A stretch of DNA of 64,000 nt from Acutalibacteraceae bacterium (lineage in GTDB: Bacteria > Bacillota > Clostridia > Oscillospirales > Acutalibacteraceae). The notes under the pieces are model-generated. The model made no database searches, had not been told where the DNA came from, and saw only the letters and a program-made list of their open reading frames with translations. The stretch is taken from positions 13,257-77,256 of the forward strand of contig JAZOQP010000037.1 of assembly GCA_045656145.1 (NCBI GenBank). Direction: 5' to 3'. Positions 7,583 to 17,800 of the stretch are shown piece by piece. Made by a program: the position numbers and the translations under genes. Position 1 is the stretch's first letter; the number at the start of each line of letters is the position of its first letter.

Positions 7583-8959
7583 CTATTTAATTTCAGGAAG
7601 ACTTGCCGCCGCTACCGACTGACCAACTCTTCTTGCCTTTTCATCGGGAATATGAAGTTTGCATTTTTTGCTGAGTTCCGGAAACTCGGTATCTATAACC
7701 TCCTGAGCCTTGCTGAGAAGGATTTCTCCACCCTCTCCCGAGGTTACACGACCCATAATGAGAACATGTTTAATATCATAAAATTCGCTATAATATGCAA
7801 TTGTATAACCAAAGTATACACCGATAGTAGCATATATATCCTTAGCTCTATCATCGCCCTCTTTCATAAGAGCCTGCACAACCTTTAGTTTTTCGGCGGG
7901 AGAAAGGCTCTCCTCAAGCTCAATGCCGGCTTTGGGCGCTAATTTTATAACGGCATCCTGTGAGAAATATTTGCAGCCAACGCCATAATCGCCCGACCAT
8001 TCATCAACCATTGCGCCATCGTTATAATCGGCAGGAGCGAAGGCAAGTTCATTAAGCCAACCTGTGATATTGCCGTCTAAATCAACATAACCTGCCGCTT
8101 CGGAAGTGCCCATAGCAATACCGAGAATTCCTGTATCCTCAAGGCTCATAGCGCCCGCTAAAGCCGTAACATCGCCATCATTAGCAACGGTTAAAGGAAT
8201 ATTTTCGCCAATTTCACGAGCAACATCAATATAAATATTTTTAACGGTTTTCTCATAATCTTCTTCGCTTACCTTCTGGAAGAGAGATGCCATCATAGCC
8301 TGATTATCAACATAAATACCGGCACTTGAAACACCAATAGCATCAACGCGCGGCATATGAGAAGCGGCGGTTTTCATAGCCTCAAGAATTCCGTTATAGT
8401 GATACATAGGATCAGCTGTGATTTTAGGGAACCAAACAACCTCTTCACTATAAACGCTCTCGCCATTAATAACGGCGCTAACCTTTCTATCCGAACCGCC
8501 TGCATCAAAACCAATGCGGCAACCATCTAAATGGCGTCCAAGCGGAGCTGCTGAAGAAACATTTTTAGGAGCATCCTCGAATTTTACATTCTCAACCACA
8601 AATTCTTCTTGATAAACCTTAGACATGGTAACAGCATCATATTCGAGTCTGCCGCCAACACGGAAGGTATCCTTAATATAATCGGCAATAAGGGAGCTTC
8701 CCGCAATTATAATCTTATAACCGCCAACTGCCCAAAGAAGAGTTTTAACAATTCTCTCAACAAACTTAAAGTTCTCTTCATCATGGCCTGTGCCATCCTT
8801 AAAAACGCGGGTTTTATAGGTTTCGGTGTAACCCTTATTTCTAACAACTCCTATAATGATATCCTGGCCATCCTCTTTTGTTGCCTCGCGCATTTCACGA
8901 ACAGCAAGCGACATAGGCTGAAATTCAGGCTCTAATTTTGCAATAATTTTAGCATTCAT
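7583..8959 (-). CDS. ROK/ASKHA-fold sugar-kinase-like protein with ~140-aa N-terminal extension
   Basis: Contains GFDAGGSD (phosphate-1), ANDGDVTALAG and GIAMGTSEAAGYV motifs. GGAGGAG RBS. It overlaps the nagA 3' end by 11 nt. The ROK zinc motif CxCGxxGCxE is reduced to GVGCKY. Confidence 0.65.
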   Translation of the reverse strand: MNAKIIAKLEPEFQPMSLAVREMREATKEDGQDIIIGVVRNKGYTETYKTRVFKDGTGHDEENFKFVERIVKTLLWAVGGYKIIIAGSSLIADYIKDTFRVGGRLEYDAVTMSKVYQEEFVVENVKFEDAPKNVSSAAPLGRHLDGCRIGFDAGGSDRKVSAVINGESVYSEEVVWFPKITADPMYHYNGILEAMKTAASHMPRVDAIGVSSAGIYVDNQAMMASLFQKVSEEDYEKTVKNIYIDVAREIGENIPLTVANDGDVTALAGAMSLEDTGILGIAMGTSEAAGYVDLDGNITGWLNELAFAPADYNDGAMVDEWSGDYGVGCKYFSQDAVIKLAPKAGIELEESLSPAEKLKVVQALMKEGDDRAKDIYATIGVYFGYTIAYYSEFYDIKHVLIMGRVTSGEGGEILLSKAQEVIDTEFPELSKKCKLHIPDEKARRVGQSVAAASLPEIK

Positions 8960-10097
8960 ATTTAATTTCTCCTCCGATTATTGTTTTCATAACATTAAAT
9001 TCCTCATCCGCAATGATTATATCGGCATCCTTGCCAACTTCCAAAGAACCCTTTTTATCTGCAACGCCGATAGCATTTGCGGGGTTTAATGAAGCACCAT
9101 TTACACACTCATAAAGCGGGATATTCGAATTTTTATAAACATTGTTTACACCCTTGTTAAGACCTAAAACACTTCCTGCAACGGTGCCATCCTCAAGGCG
9201 ACAAACTATATCGCGGTAAACAATTTTATTTCCACCCAAGGTGTATTCCCCAAAGGGTAAACCGCCCGCAGGCAAGCAATCGGTTATAAACACAAGGTTT
9301 CTTCCCTTAAGTTTCCAAAGAATATCATAAAACGCGGGAGAAACATGGAATGTATCGGCGATAAGCTCGGTTGTAACACAGCTATCCAAAGCGGCGGTTA
9401 CAACACCCGGGGCTCTGTGAGATAAAGGTGTCATAGCATTAAATAAGTGTGTTACATGCTTCACACCTGCCGCAACACCCGCCTTAGCAGTTTCATAATC
9501 GGCTGAGGTATGACCCATCGATACAACCACATCGGTATCCCTTACCATCTCGCGAATGGCAGCAAAATCCTCAGTATCGGTTTCGGGGGCAAGTGTTATT
9601 ATCTTAATAATATCGGCATACTCTTTAACAAACTTTGCATCAGGCTTTAAGATGAATTTCGGGTCCTGAGCGCCCTTTTTGGCTTCACTTATAAACGGAC
9701 CCTCGGCATGAACACCTAAAATCTGCGAGCCATCCCAATTTTTGCTCTCTTCTTTTAAATCTCTGCAAACTTCAAGCGCCTTTTTAATAACCTCCATAGA
9801 AACGGTCATTGTGGTTGGAAGATAACCGGTTACACCGTTTTTAAGAAGGCCTTTTGATATAACGCGAATGCTCTGCTCTTCCCCATCGCAAACATCTTTT
9901 CCTAAATATCCATGGATATGAATATCAATAAGACCTGGGGCAACAAAATTTCCCTTTGCATCAATAATCTCGACATCCTTGGGTAAATTTTTTGCATCAA
10001 TAACGCCCTCGATTTTATCGGTATAAAGTAAAGCCGCGTTTTCAACAACTCGGTCTTTAAGAATTATTTTACCATTAATTATAGCTTTCATAAACAT
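8949..10097 (-). CDS. nagA: N-acetylglucosamine-6-phosphate deacetylase
   Basis: Amidohydrolase HxH (IDIHIHGY), about 380 aa, with typical NagA blocks (GVHAEGPF, HLFNAM, TDC). ATG 10095-10097 lies 6 nt after AGGAG. Confidence 0.9.
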   Translation of the reverse strand: MFMKAIINGKIILKDRVVENAALLYTDKIEGVIDAKNLPKDVEIIDAKGNFVAPGLIDIHIHGYLGKDVCDGEEQSIRVISKGLLKNGVTGYLPTTMTVSMEVIKKALEVCRDLKEESKNWDGSQILGVHAEGPFISEAKKGAQDPKFILKPDAKFVKEYADIIKIITLAPETDTEDFAAIREMVRDTDVVVSMGHTSADYETAKAGVAAGVKHVTHLFNAMTPLSHRAPGVVTAALDSCVTTELIADTFHVSPAFYDILWKLKGRNLVFITDCLPAGGLPFGEYTLGGNKIVYRDIVCRLEDGTVAGSVLGLNKGVNNVYKNSNIPLYECVNGASLNPANAIGVADKKGSLEVGKDADIIIADEEFNVMKTIIGGEIKYEC

Positions 10098-10139
10098 TGT
10101 CAACTCCTGTTTACATTATATCAAAAAAACCGCTTTAAA

Positions 10140-11378
10140 TCAATGTTTTTGCGACTTAAATTCTAACATTTCGCCATTTTTTCTGTAAATATTCGGCGAA
10201 ACGCCATAAAGCGCTTTGAATTTATTCCTGAAGAAACTCTCATTATCATAACCCACAACCTTGATGATTTCCTGAACCGAAAATCTTGTTCCCAAAAGCA
10301 TCTTGGCTGCAAGCTCGCAGCGCTTTTCCTGAAGGAGTTTTATAAAGGAAATTCCAAGCGTTGTTTTTATAAGCTCCCCTGTGTAAACCTCGCTATAGCC
10401 TAAAAATTTAGATAATTCCTTAATATTAGCCGACTGAATATTGTTTTCAATATATTCATTAACCTTTCTCTGCAAGCGGAGAGTGCGGTCATTCTCCTCG
10501 GAAACACATTCCTCTAATGCATTTATATTTGCAATTACCTGCTTTTCAGAGGGAATTTCGGTTATTCTTGCATTCGTTGCCGCGGCGGAAGAATAGCGAA
10601 GGGTAAGATTTATTGGCCTCTCCCTTGATATATTTGAAATGAAATAACCAACAAAGGCCTCGGCGCAAATCCTTGGAGCATTTTGAGAAAAGGTAAAAGA
10701 TGGTTGAAAAATTGTTTCATTCTTTGCAATATACAAATACCCGCTGCTATCAAAATTAATCACAACGCGCAGATTAGGATATTTAGATTTAAAAAATTTA
10801 ACTATATCATCCTTTTCGCTCAGGTCATACATCGCCTTTACCTGCTGCCTGCTTAGGAAAAGATAATCGGCCTTTTCAAAATATTGCGGATTTTTTCCTA
10901 GCGCAAAATAAAACACCTTAACGCCCTTTAGTTTTGCGCGATCGATTAAATATTTGAAATTGCTGAGCGAATTATCAACAATTATGTAATCGGCTTGAGA
11001 AAGGCGAGCTAAAACTGTATCTATAAATTCCTTGCTGATTTCACTTGCCACACCCGAAGAAAAAAACCTTTTAATATTGCCTAAATTATCCTTAAAGTTC
11101 ATGTGATAAGCAGTGCTTCCCTCAACCATTCTTATATAGGTTGTGTCGACGCCTATGGAAGAAAGCTTTTGAGATAAAATTTGCCCATCATTTCCAATAT
11201 AACCCGCATGATAAATATGAGAAGCTCCCGAGCGCGCAAGCGCCAAGGAAATGCCATAGCCTCTTCCGCCGGGAGTTACATTTGAAGAAGAAATGGGTAT
11301 GTTATTTTCAGAGAAATTTAAACTATTAACCGAAAAAATGCGCTCAATAAAAAGCGGTGCGAAATTAATAATTTTCAT
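10140..11378 (-). CDS. Fusion regulator: PfkB/ribokinase-like (probably catalytically dead) sensor domain + AraC/XylS HTH domain
   Basis: The N-terminus has the PfkB signature-1-like TPGGRGYGISLALARSGA...GYIGNDG. The signature-2 position reads RICAEAFVGYF instead of TGAGDAFVGAF. The C-terminal ~100 aa is a classic AraC HTH (GYSEVYTGELIK...FFRNKFKALYGVSPNIYR). Confidence 0.75.
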   Translation of the reverse strand: MKIINFAPLFIERIFSVNSLNFSENNIPISSSNVTPGGRGYGISLALARSGASHIYHAGYIGNDGQILSQKLSSIGVDTTYIRMVEGSTAYHMNFKDNLGNIKRFFSSGVASEISKEFIDTVLARLSQADYIIVDNSLSNFKYLIDRAKLKGVKVFYFALGKNPQYFEKADYLFLSRQQVKAMYDLSEKDDIVKFFKSKYPNLRVVINFDSSGYLYIAKNETIFQPSFTFSQNAPRICAEAFVGYFISNISRERPINLTLRYSSAAATNARITEIPSEKQVIANINALEECVSEENDRTLRLQRKVNEYIENNIQSANIKELSKFLGYSEVYTGELIKTTLGISFIKLLQEKRCELAAKMLLGTRFSVQEIIKVVGYDNESFFRNKFKALYGVSPNIYRKNGEMLEFKSQKH

Positions 11379-11414
11379 AGATTTATCCCTTTTTCAAGAT
11401 TTATTACTTTTTAA

Positions 11415-11443
11415 ATTGTAAGGGATAAAAAATGGTTTGTCAA
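11415..11443 (-). promoter_or_regulatory. Near-consensus promoter of the PfkB-AraC regulator / nagA / ROK operon
   Basis: Minus strand TTGACA (11438-11443), 17 nt, TACAAT (11415-11420). Confidence 0.55.
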
Positions 11444-11519
11444 TAGAAAACCTTAAAATAGAGTGTAAAAACACAACGAAAAACAATATTGCCTTATTAA
11501 ATAAAATAAATGGCCGATA

Positions 11520-11802
11520 TTATGATGAGGTGCCGTAACGAAGTTTGGTTTTGGAACTAAAAAATTCTCCACATCTTGCCGAAAAGCCTTGAAATACGCT
11601 AGTATTCCTGCATTTTTCGTCTTCGATATAAAGAATTTTTTTAAAAGTTACAAAACTGCAACGCACTTTAAAATGAAAATTTAGGATGGAAGTCACGACA
11701 AAAACGCGCAGTAATGCTAACGCATACTGCGCGTTTTCAACAAAGAATGCCGCCTAAATTTCGCATTTTAAAGCAATGCTTCGTTATGACTCCTCATCAT
11801 AA
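11520..11802. repeat. 283-bp intergenic element built of nested inverted repeats (three-way-junction-like fold); MITE-like, inverton-like or structured RNA
   Basis: The outer 24-bp inverted repeat is TTATGATGAGGTGCCGTAACGAAG (11520-11543) against CTTCGTTATGACTCCTCATCATAA (11779-11802), matching 21/24. Inner stems are 11560-11588/11612-11640, 11658-11685/11753-11779, and a perfect 13-bp hairpin AAAACGCGCAGTA/TACTGCGCGTTTT (11700-11737). Confidence 0.6.
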
Positions 11803-11826
11803 CACAGACTCTTAAAATTTTCAAAC

Positions 11827-11859
11827 AAAAAAAGACTTGGGTTGCCCCAAGTCTTTTTT
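11827..11859. terminator. Rho-independent (bidirectional) terminator of the giant gene
   Basis: A7-AGACTTGGG-ttgc-CCCAAGTCT-T6, 7 nt after the stop codon at 11866. Confidence 0.85.
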
Positions 11860-11865
11860 AGTTAA

Positions 11866-14800
11866 TTATTTTGCGATTAAGATACCGCCAATTGCGATTT
11901 CGCCACCGCTTACAACTTCAACCTTAACTGTATGAGTACCATTCTTAAGGTTTTCAACGAGCGGTAATTCGCGACAGTCGCCACCCTTGAAGGTCTTTTC
12001 AACAGTTTCTTTGCCATCGATTGTGGCCTTGAAGGTAACTGTGCCGGGCGCATTCTCAAGGTTAGATAAGAATAAGCCTAAGGAGTTACCGGTGAAGGTG
12101 TAGGTAAATGAGCTGCCAGCAGAGCCGAAGAATTCTTCTTCAACGAATGTAGTGAAGGTGTTGTCCCTTACTTCGAAGCCATTTACGTTAGCAATTCTAT
12201 CAACTGTTACGATTTCGGTAAGAGTTGCCTGATTGCTTACGAGGTCGGTTGTGGGAACTTCATGCTTAACTAAACCTGCAGGAGCCTCAGCTGTGAGGAG
12301 AACATCAAGAGATTGAGCAACCTCAATAGCATAAATCTCATATGCATCAGCATTCGGATGAACGATATCCTCTGAATAATCGCTCCACTGCTTGCCTGTT
12401 TCAGCCATATCCTTAGCTAGAGCAGCACCTACATCGATAGTAGGAATGCCATAGTGCTCAGCAACAGCCTTGTGAGCAGCCTTGTTATCCCAATCAGCGC
12501 CACCAATATGGCCTTCATCAGTGATGAATACTATCACGATATCCATATAAGGATTAACTTCGCGAAGTTTCTTAATGATACCTTCCATATAGAGAGCAGA
12601 CTGAGTTTTGCTTAGACCTGCATAAACATCATTGATAGAGAACTCAACGAATACAAGGTCTAAATCGTTCTTAAGGAGCTGTTCGTTCATTCTGAAGAAG
12701 CCCCATGAAGAACCCGTGCCGCCCCAAGCAGCGTTGGTTTCGGTGATAAGAGAACCTGTAGCTGCAGCCTTTTCGGTAAGGTATGCAGTTGTGAGAGCTC
12801 TCCAAGATTGTGTAGATGCATCATCGGCACCTGTACCTGCGGTTACGGAACCGCCTAGGTAACCAACATTGATATTTTCGCCATTCTTGAGCTTATAGTT
12901 TGTATTGGCAAGATTATCAATTTCCTCTACACCGCCCCAGGTGCTGAGTGTACGCGCTGAAGCGTACACAGAGCCTGCGGTTGCTTTTGTTACAAGTGAA
13001 CCTGTCTTATCGAAGAGTTTTATGAACTGCTTGCCTTCGTAAGACTTGTTGTTTACAGTAAACTTCTCGTTGTTAGCTACAACATAGATGTTGTTTCTGA
13101 ACTCAGGCTCGCCGCCCTCGTTAGAAGCAGATACACCGAGTGCAGAGTTTACAGCGCTATCGAAAATGTTATTTTCAATTACGAATGTGCTATCGCCGTT
13201 TTCATCAAGAATGGTGTGGTTACCATAGGTGTTGCCGCCCTTGATGTGAGATGCAACGCCCTTATCAGGACGATATGCAAGACCCCACATTTCGTTATCG
13301 GCTGTACCACCTGCTCTTCTACAGATGTTATCTGAGAAGCTGATGTTCTGCATCTTAGCATAATCATAAGTTTCGATAGTTGCGCTATCCTCCATGTCAA
13401 CGCTCATAAAGTACTCGAAGTTATAAACGTTATCGGTAAGGAGGTTGTTGCTAATATTGATATCCTTATAAAGGATGTAATCGGTAGTGATATCTTCATA
13501 ACCACCGTTATTGCGACGAACATTGAACTGGAATGTTACAGCAGCATCGTATACCTGATAGATATAGCAGTTTTCAACTACCATATTTTCACAACCGCCC
13601 CAGATTTCGATACCGTTACCAAGACGAGTGTATGAACCGTGTGCGGAGCTGTTATATACACCTTCATCGCCCTGACGAGCGCCGCCGATCCAACCGATTT
13701 CAAGACCGTCAGCCTTGAAGTTCTGGTGTCCTGTGAAAGGATTGGTTGTGTTAGAAGCATCGACATGAGCTTCTGATACGGAAATACCGAAGTTACCATA
13801 TCTAATTTCAAGGTTCTGGAATGAGATGTTGCTCATAGAGTCATCGCAATCGAATGAGTTGCCTGTGTTGGGCTGTGCATAAAGCACTGCGCCGGAATTC
13901 TGAATTTCAACATGAGCGAAATCAGTTAAGTTCTTGCCCTCAGGTAAGAGAACATAAACCATTTTGTTATTGTAATCGAAGAAGAAGTCGTAAGCCTCAA
14001 CCATATCGTCGAGTGAAGCATCATAACGATAGTTTTCTTCTGCCTTGAACCACTTCTTATCAGCAGCGATTACATTCTGCTCAGCCTCATCTTCTACGAA
14101 GAAGATGGAACCGAAGTCTAACTTAGTAGCGCCCCAAAGTTCGCTATTTGTAAGGTTGATGCTCCAGAGTTCAGTTCCTTCAGGAGCTGTGAACTTATCT
14201 AAGCGGAGACCTGCCTGCTTAGTATCGTTAGCATCAATCTGGAAGTAATCAATCTTCTGAGCACTAATTCTTGAATCGGTAAGAGCATCCCAAGAACCGT
14301 AAACCTTCGGCTTAGCGCCTGTGCCGTAAGCACCGATTGAAATGTCTTTACCCATCAATACGCTCTCACGGAAGGTGTCGCCACGCTTAAGAAGAATTGC
14401 AACAGTCTTGCTCGGGTTGTTATCCTTATAGGTCTTAGCCTTGCTCATAGCGTAATTTAAGGTCTTATAAGGACTAGACTTAGTACCTGCATAGTATGAG
14501 TCAGCACCGCTGTTTGATACATAGTAAACCTTATTGGCAGTAAGTGTATCAGGATTGTTCTTAATCTTCTCATACATCTCAGCCTCAGCTAAATCGATAG
14601 CCTGAGTATCGTTAGAAGGCTTGAAGGTGTTTGCATTTGAAGTGTTATAAACAATTGTACCGTCCTTAGTTTCAAATACGGTAGTTGCGGTGAAGAATTC
14701 ATTGCCCCATGTAGCCCAATCGAAGTTGGTTACATTAACTGTAATGAAGTACTTAGAGATATCGGCGAATGAGGTTGGGTCGTAAACAACTGTGCCCTGT

Positions 14801-17800
14801 TCACCGGTAATCTTCTTGTAAACTGTATCGGTTGTAAAGCCTGCAACCTTGCCATCGCTTCTTTCAAGTGTGAAGCCTACGCGGTTGTACTTAGTTGTAT
14901 CAACGGTAGATACAAGGCGGAGGTCGAAGGAGTTATCCTTACGCTGCTTTCCATTTACAACTCTTTCAAATGTATCAGCCGGGTCAGTAATCTGCCACTT
15001 AACTGAGAATACTTCATTTGAAACGAACTTAGCATAAGCCTTGCCCGATTTAACAGAAGGATCAAGAGTTTCGGTGCAGTTAGCATCGGTGTACCAACCT
15101 GCGAATACCTTGCCATAAGGTGCATCCGGTGCGGTGTAGGGTTCGCCACGATACTTAGAAATATCTTCGAATTCCTGAACCTTAACGCTGTTGTTATCGG
15201 CCTTGAACTGATCATAGTAAGCAAGTTCTGCATCGGTAAATGTAATCTGAACTTCAACGAAATCGTAAGAAATCATTGCAAGTGCGCCACCACCGAAGCC
15301 GATTGTACCGCCTTCAGAAATTAACGAATCATCTACTCTGTTAATATCATAAGCTACATCCTTAGAAGCGCCGTCTGCAGTAGAGATATTAGCGCCGGAA
15401 GGTGAATGAGTGATGGTTATTGCATCAGAGTAATCAGCCTTAGAAGCATAGGTAATAGAACCGTTTTCAGCACCCGATACAGTATAGGTTGCATACCAAC
15501 CCTGGAACTGTGTGGGAGCGAAGTTCTCGCCTGCAGGAGTTGTGATGTTACGTATCTCGCGGATATATCCGTTAGAGTTATTGTTCTTGTTAACACGTAC
15601 CCATGTTGCAGGTGCACCGGAGTTACCAACACGAACCATCTGGTTAAAGTTGTTACCAATGGTGCCATCTTCATTAATCTTTAATCTTGTGTAGTTGTAA
15701 TAGAAGTTAGCATTGTTGGCCTGCGGGATTAGGTAGGTATTTAAGGTGATATCCGAGAACTTGGATAACTTAATACCTGAAGCAGAATCAGGTCTTACAT
15801 ACATTGCCCAACCTGTGCTGTTACCATTAGTAGCGGTCATACCACGCATAACGTAACCATCAGCAGAAATAGACTTGTTGAAACCAAGCTTAATTTCGCT
15901 ATCGGCATAGCCTGAAGATAACGACTTACCATACCATTCACTAGCATCGGTAAATACATAGTTGCCATCAGCTGCAATCTCAAGGTCGTTGAGAGAGAAC
16001 TTATGATAGTAAATAGTGTATTCGCCCTTAGAATCGGCAATAGTAATGTAAATGTTTACGCTGTTACCGAGGGAATCGGTAGCGGTTAAGGTTGCATAAC
16101 CTGAAGAGTAAGCAATAACTGCTCTATCAACAGTATCAAGAACAACATAAGCGTTTTCATCAGATAATGACCAAGTAGCAGTTGCGCCATCGATTAACAC
16201 GCCGTTATCAGCGGTTAATGTAAGGAGCTTAAGGTCAAGAGTCTGACCAACATTCATCGGGATAGCAGGTTTAGTGCTATCGATGATGTTAACCTTTACA
16301 GAATTATTCTTAATGTTCTGCTTTAAGGTTTCATCAATAGTGATGATTGCCTTGAAGTTAGAAACGTTGATATTTCTTGCATCAGAATCAGTATAGAAAC
16401 CTGCTGTACCGCCCTTCTGAAGAGCCTTAGGAATCGGATAGCCTGAAAGATCTTTATAAGATGTGCGAACATCGGTTGGGTCAGCATGGCTTACTGTCTT
16501 AAAGCTAACAGCTGCGTTTGCACCATTAACTGTTGTGCGATAGGTGTATGTCTGACCTTCATTGTTAATGATGAAATCATTACCATTCTGGTCTTTAAGC
16601 ATAATGTGTCTATCGCTATCCTGACGAACACCTGAATAGAAGAGTCTCATCCAGGAAGCATTGTTCGGAGCAGCACTATTTGATGCATACGGGAATACAC
16701 CGAAGAATAGACCTGAATCGGTTGAATCGTAAGCATCATTATCGCCGAGGTCAACTCTTAAGATTGAACCAAAGAGTCTTCCAACAACACCGTTTACAAC
16801 GCCTGTAAATTCGGTTGTAATATCGGCAAATCTTGAAATCATCTTGCCTGAAGCAGAGTCTTCTCTTAGATAGAATGCAGCAGCAGATGCAGCATTACCA
16901 TAAATACCATGTGCATTAATTGTGAGGGAACTTGAGAAGGTTGTTGCCCATTCGCTTTCCTCAGTGAATGCGCCGCCTGATAAATCAAGGCCTGAGAAGG
17001 TATGGTCATAGATTACATATTCGCCGTTTTCATCAGCTGTTACAAGATAATAATCAGCTGAAAGATCACCATTAGAAACAGTAAGTGTTGCAACACCTTC
17101 GCCAAGCATTGTAACGGTCTTAGTAACGTTATCAACAGAAGCGAGAGAGTTGTTAACCGAGAAGGTTAAATCGCTGCCCTTGCCTAAGATACCATTTTCG
17201 TTAAGCTCGAAATAGATATTTGTAAGGTCAAGCTTGTAGTTAACCTCCATAGGCATTGCGGGAGCTGAATACTTCATTGTGTATACGCCCTGAAGCTTAG
17301 TTGAGTTCTTCTCAACAAGAGCCTTCTGAGCCTCGGTAGGAGTAATGTAAGCGCGGATAGCTCTTACACCACCACGGCACTGGTTATCAATGTGGAAACC
17401 AATTGTACCGGCATCGGTTTCGGTGAGAGCTGCATTTTGCGCATCGGTAAGAGTGAATACTGCAGTGTTGAGTTCACCTGCAGGTTCTTTACCCTGAAGT
17501 GTAGCAGTAACGGTGTTACCGATTACAGAAAGGGTTTGTGTGCTAACTGCTGGTTTGTTGTTATTATTACTTGGATTATAGAACTTAAAGTTCTGCGGAA
17601 CAGTAGGAACTGTCATACCATCATCAGGTCTTACATACTCTAAGTTTTTAGTAGAAATATCAAGGGTAAAAGCAGTGTTATCGCCGCCACCCTGGATTCT
17701 CCAGAGAGAAGCTACACGGTTTACAGGAATAGTTCTAATCTCCTCATAAGCGCCGGTATCATAGTCGTAATTATAACCATATTTACCAGACCAAGGAGTA

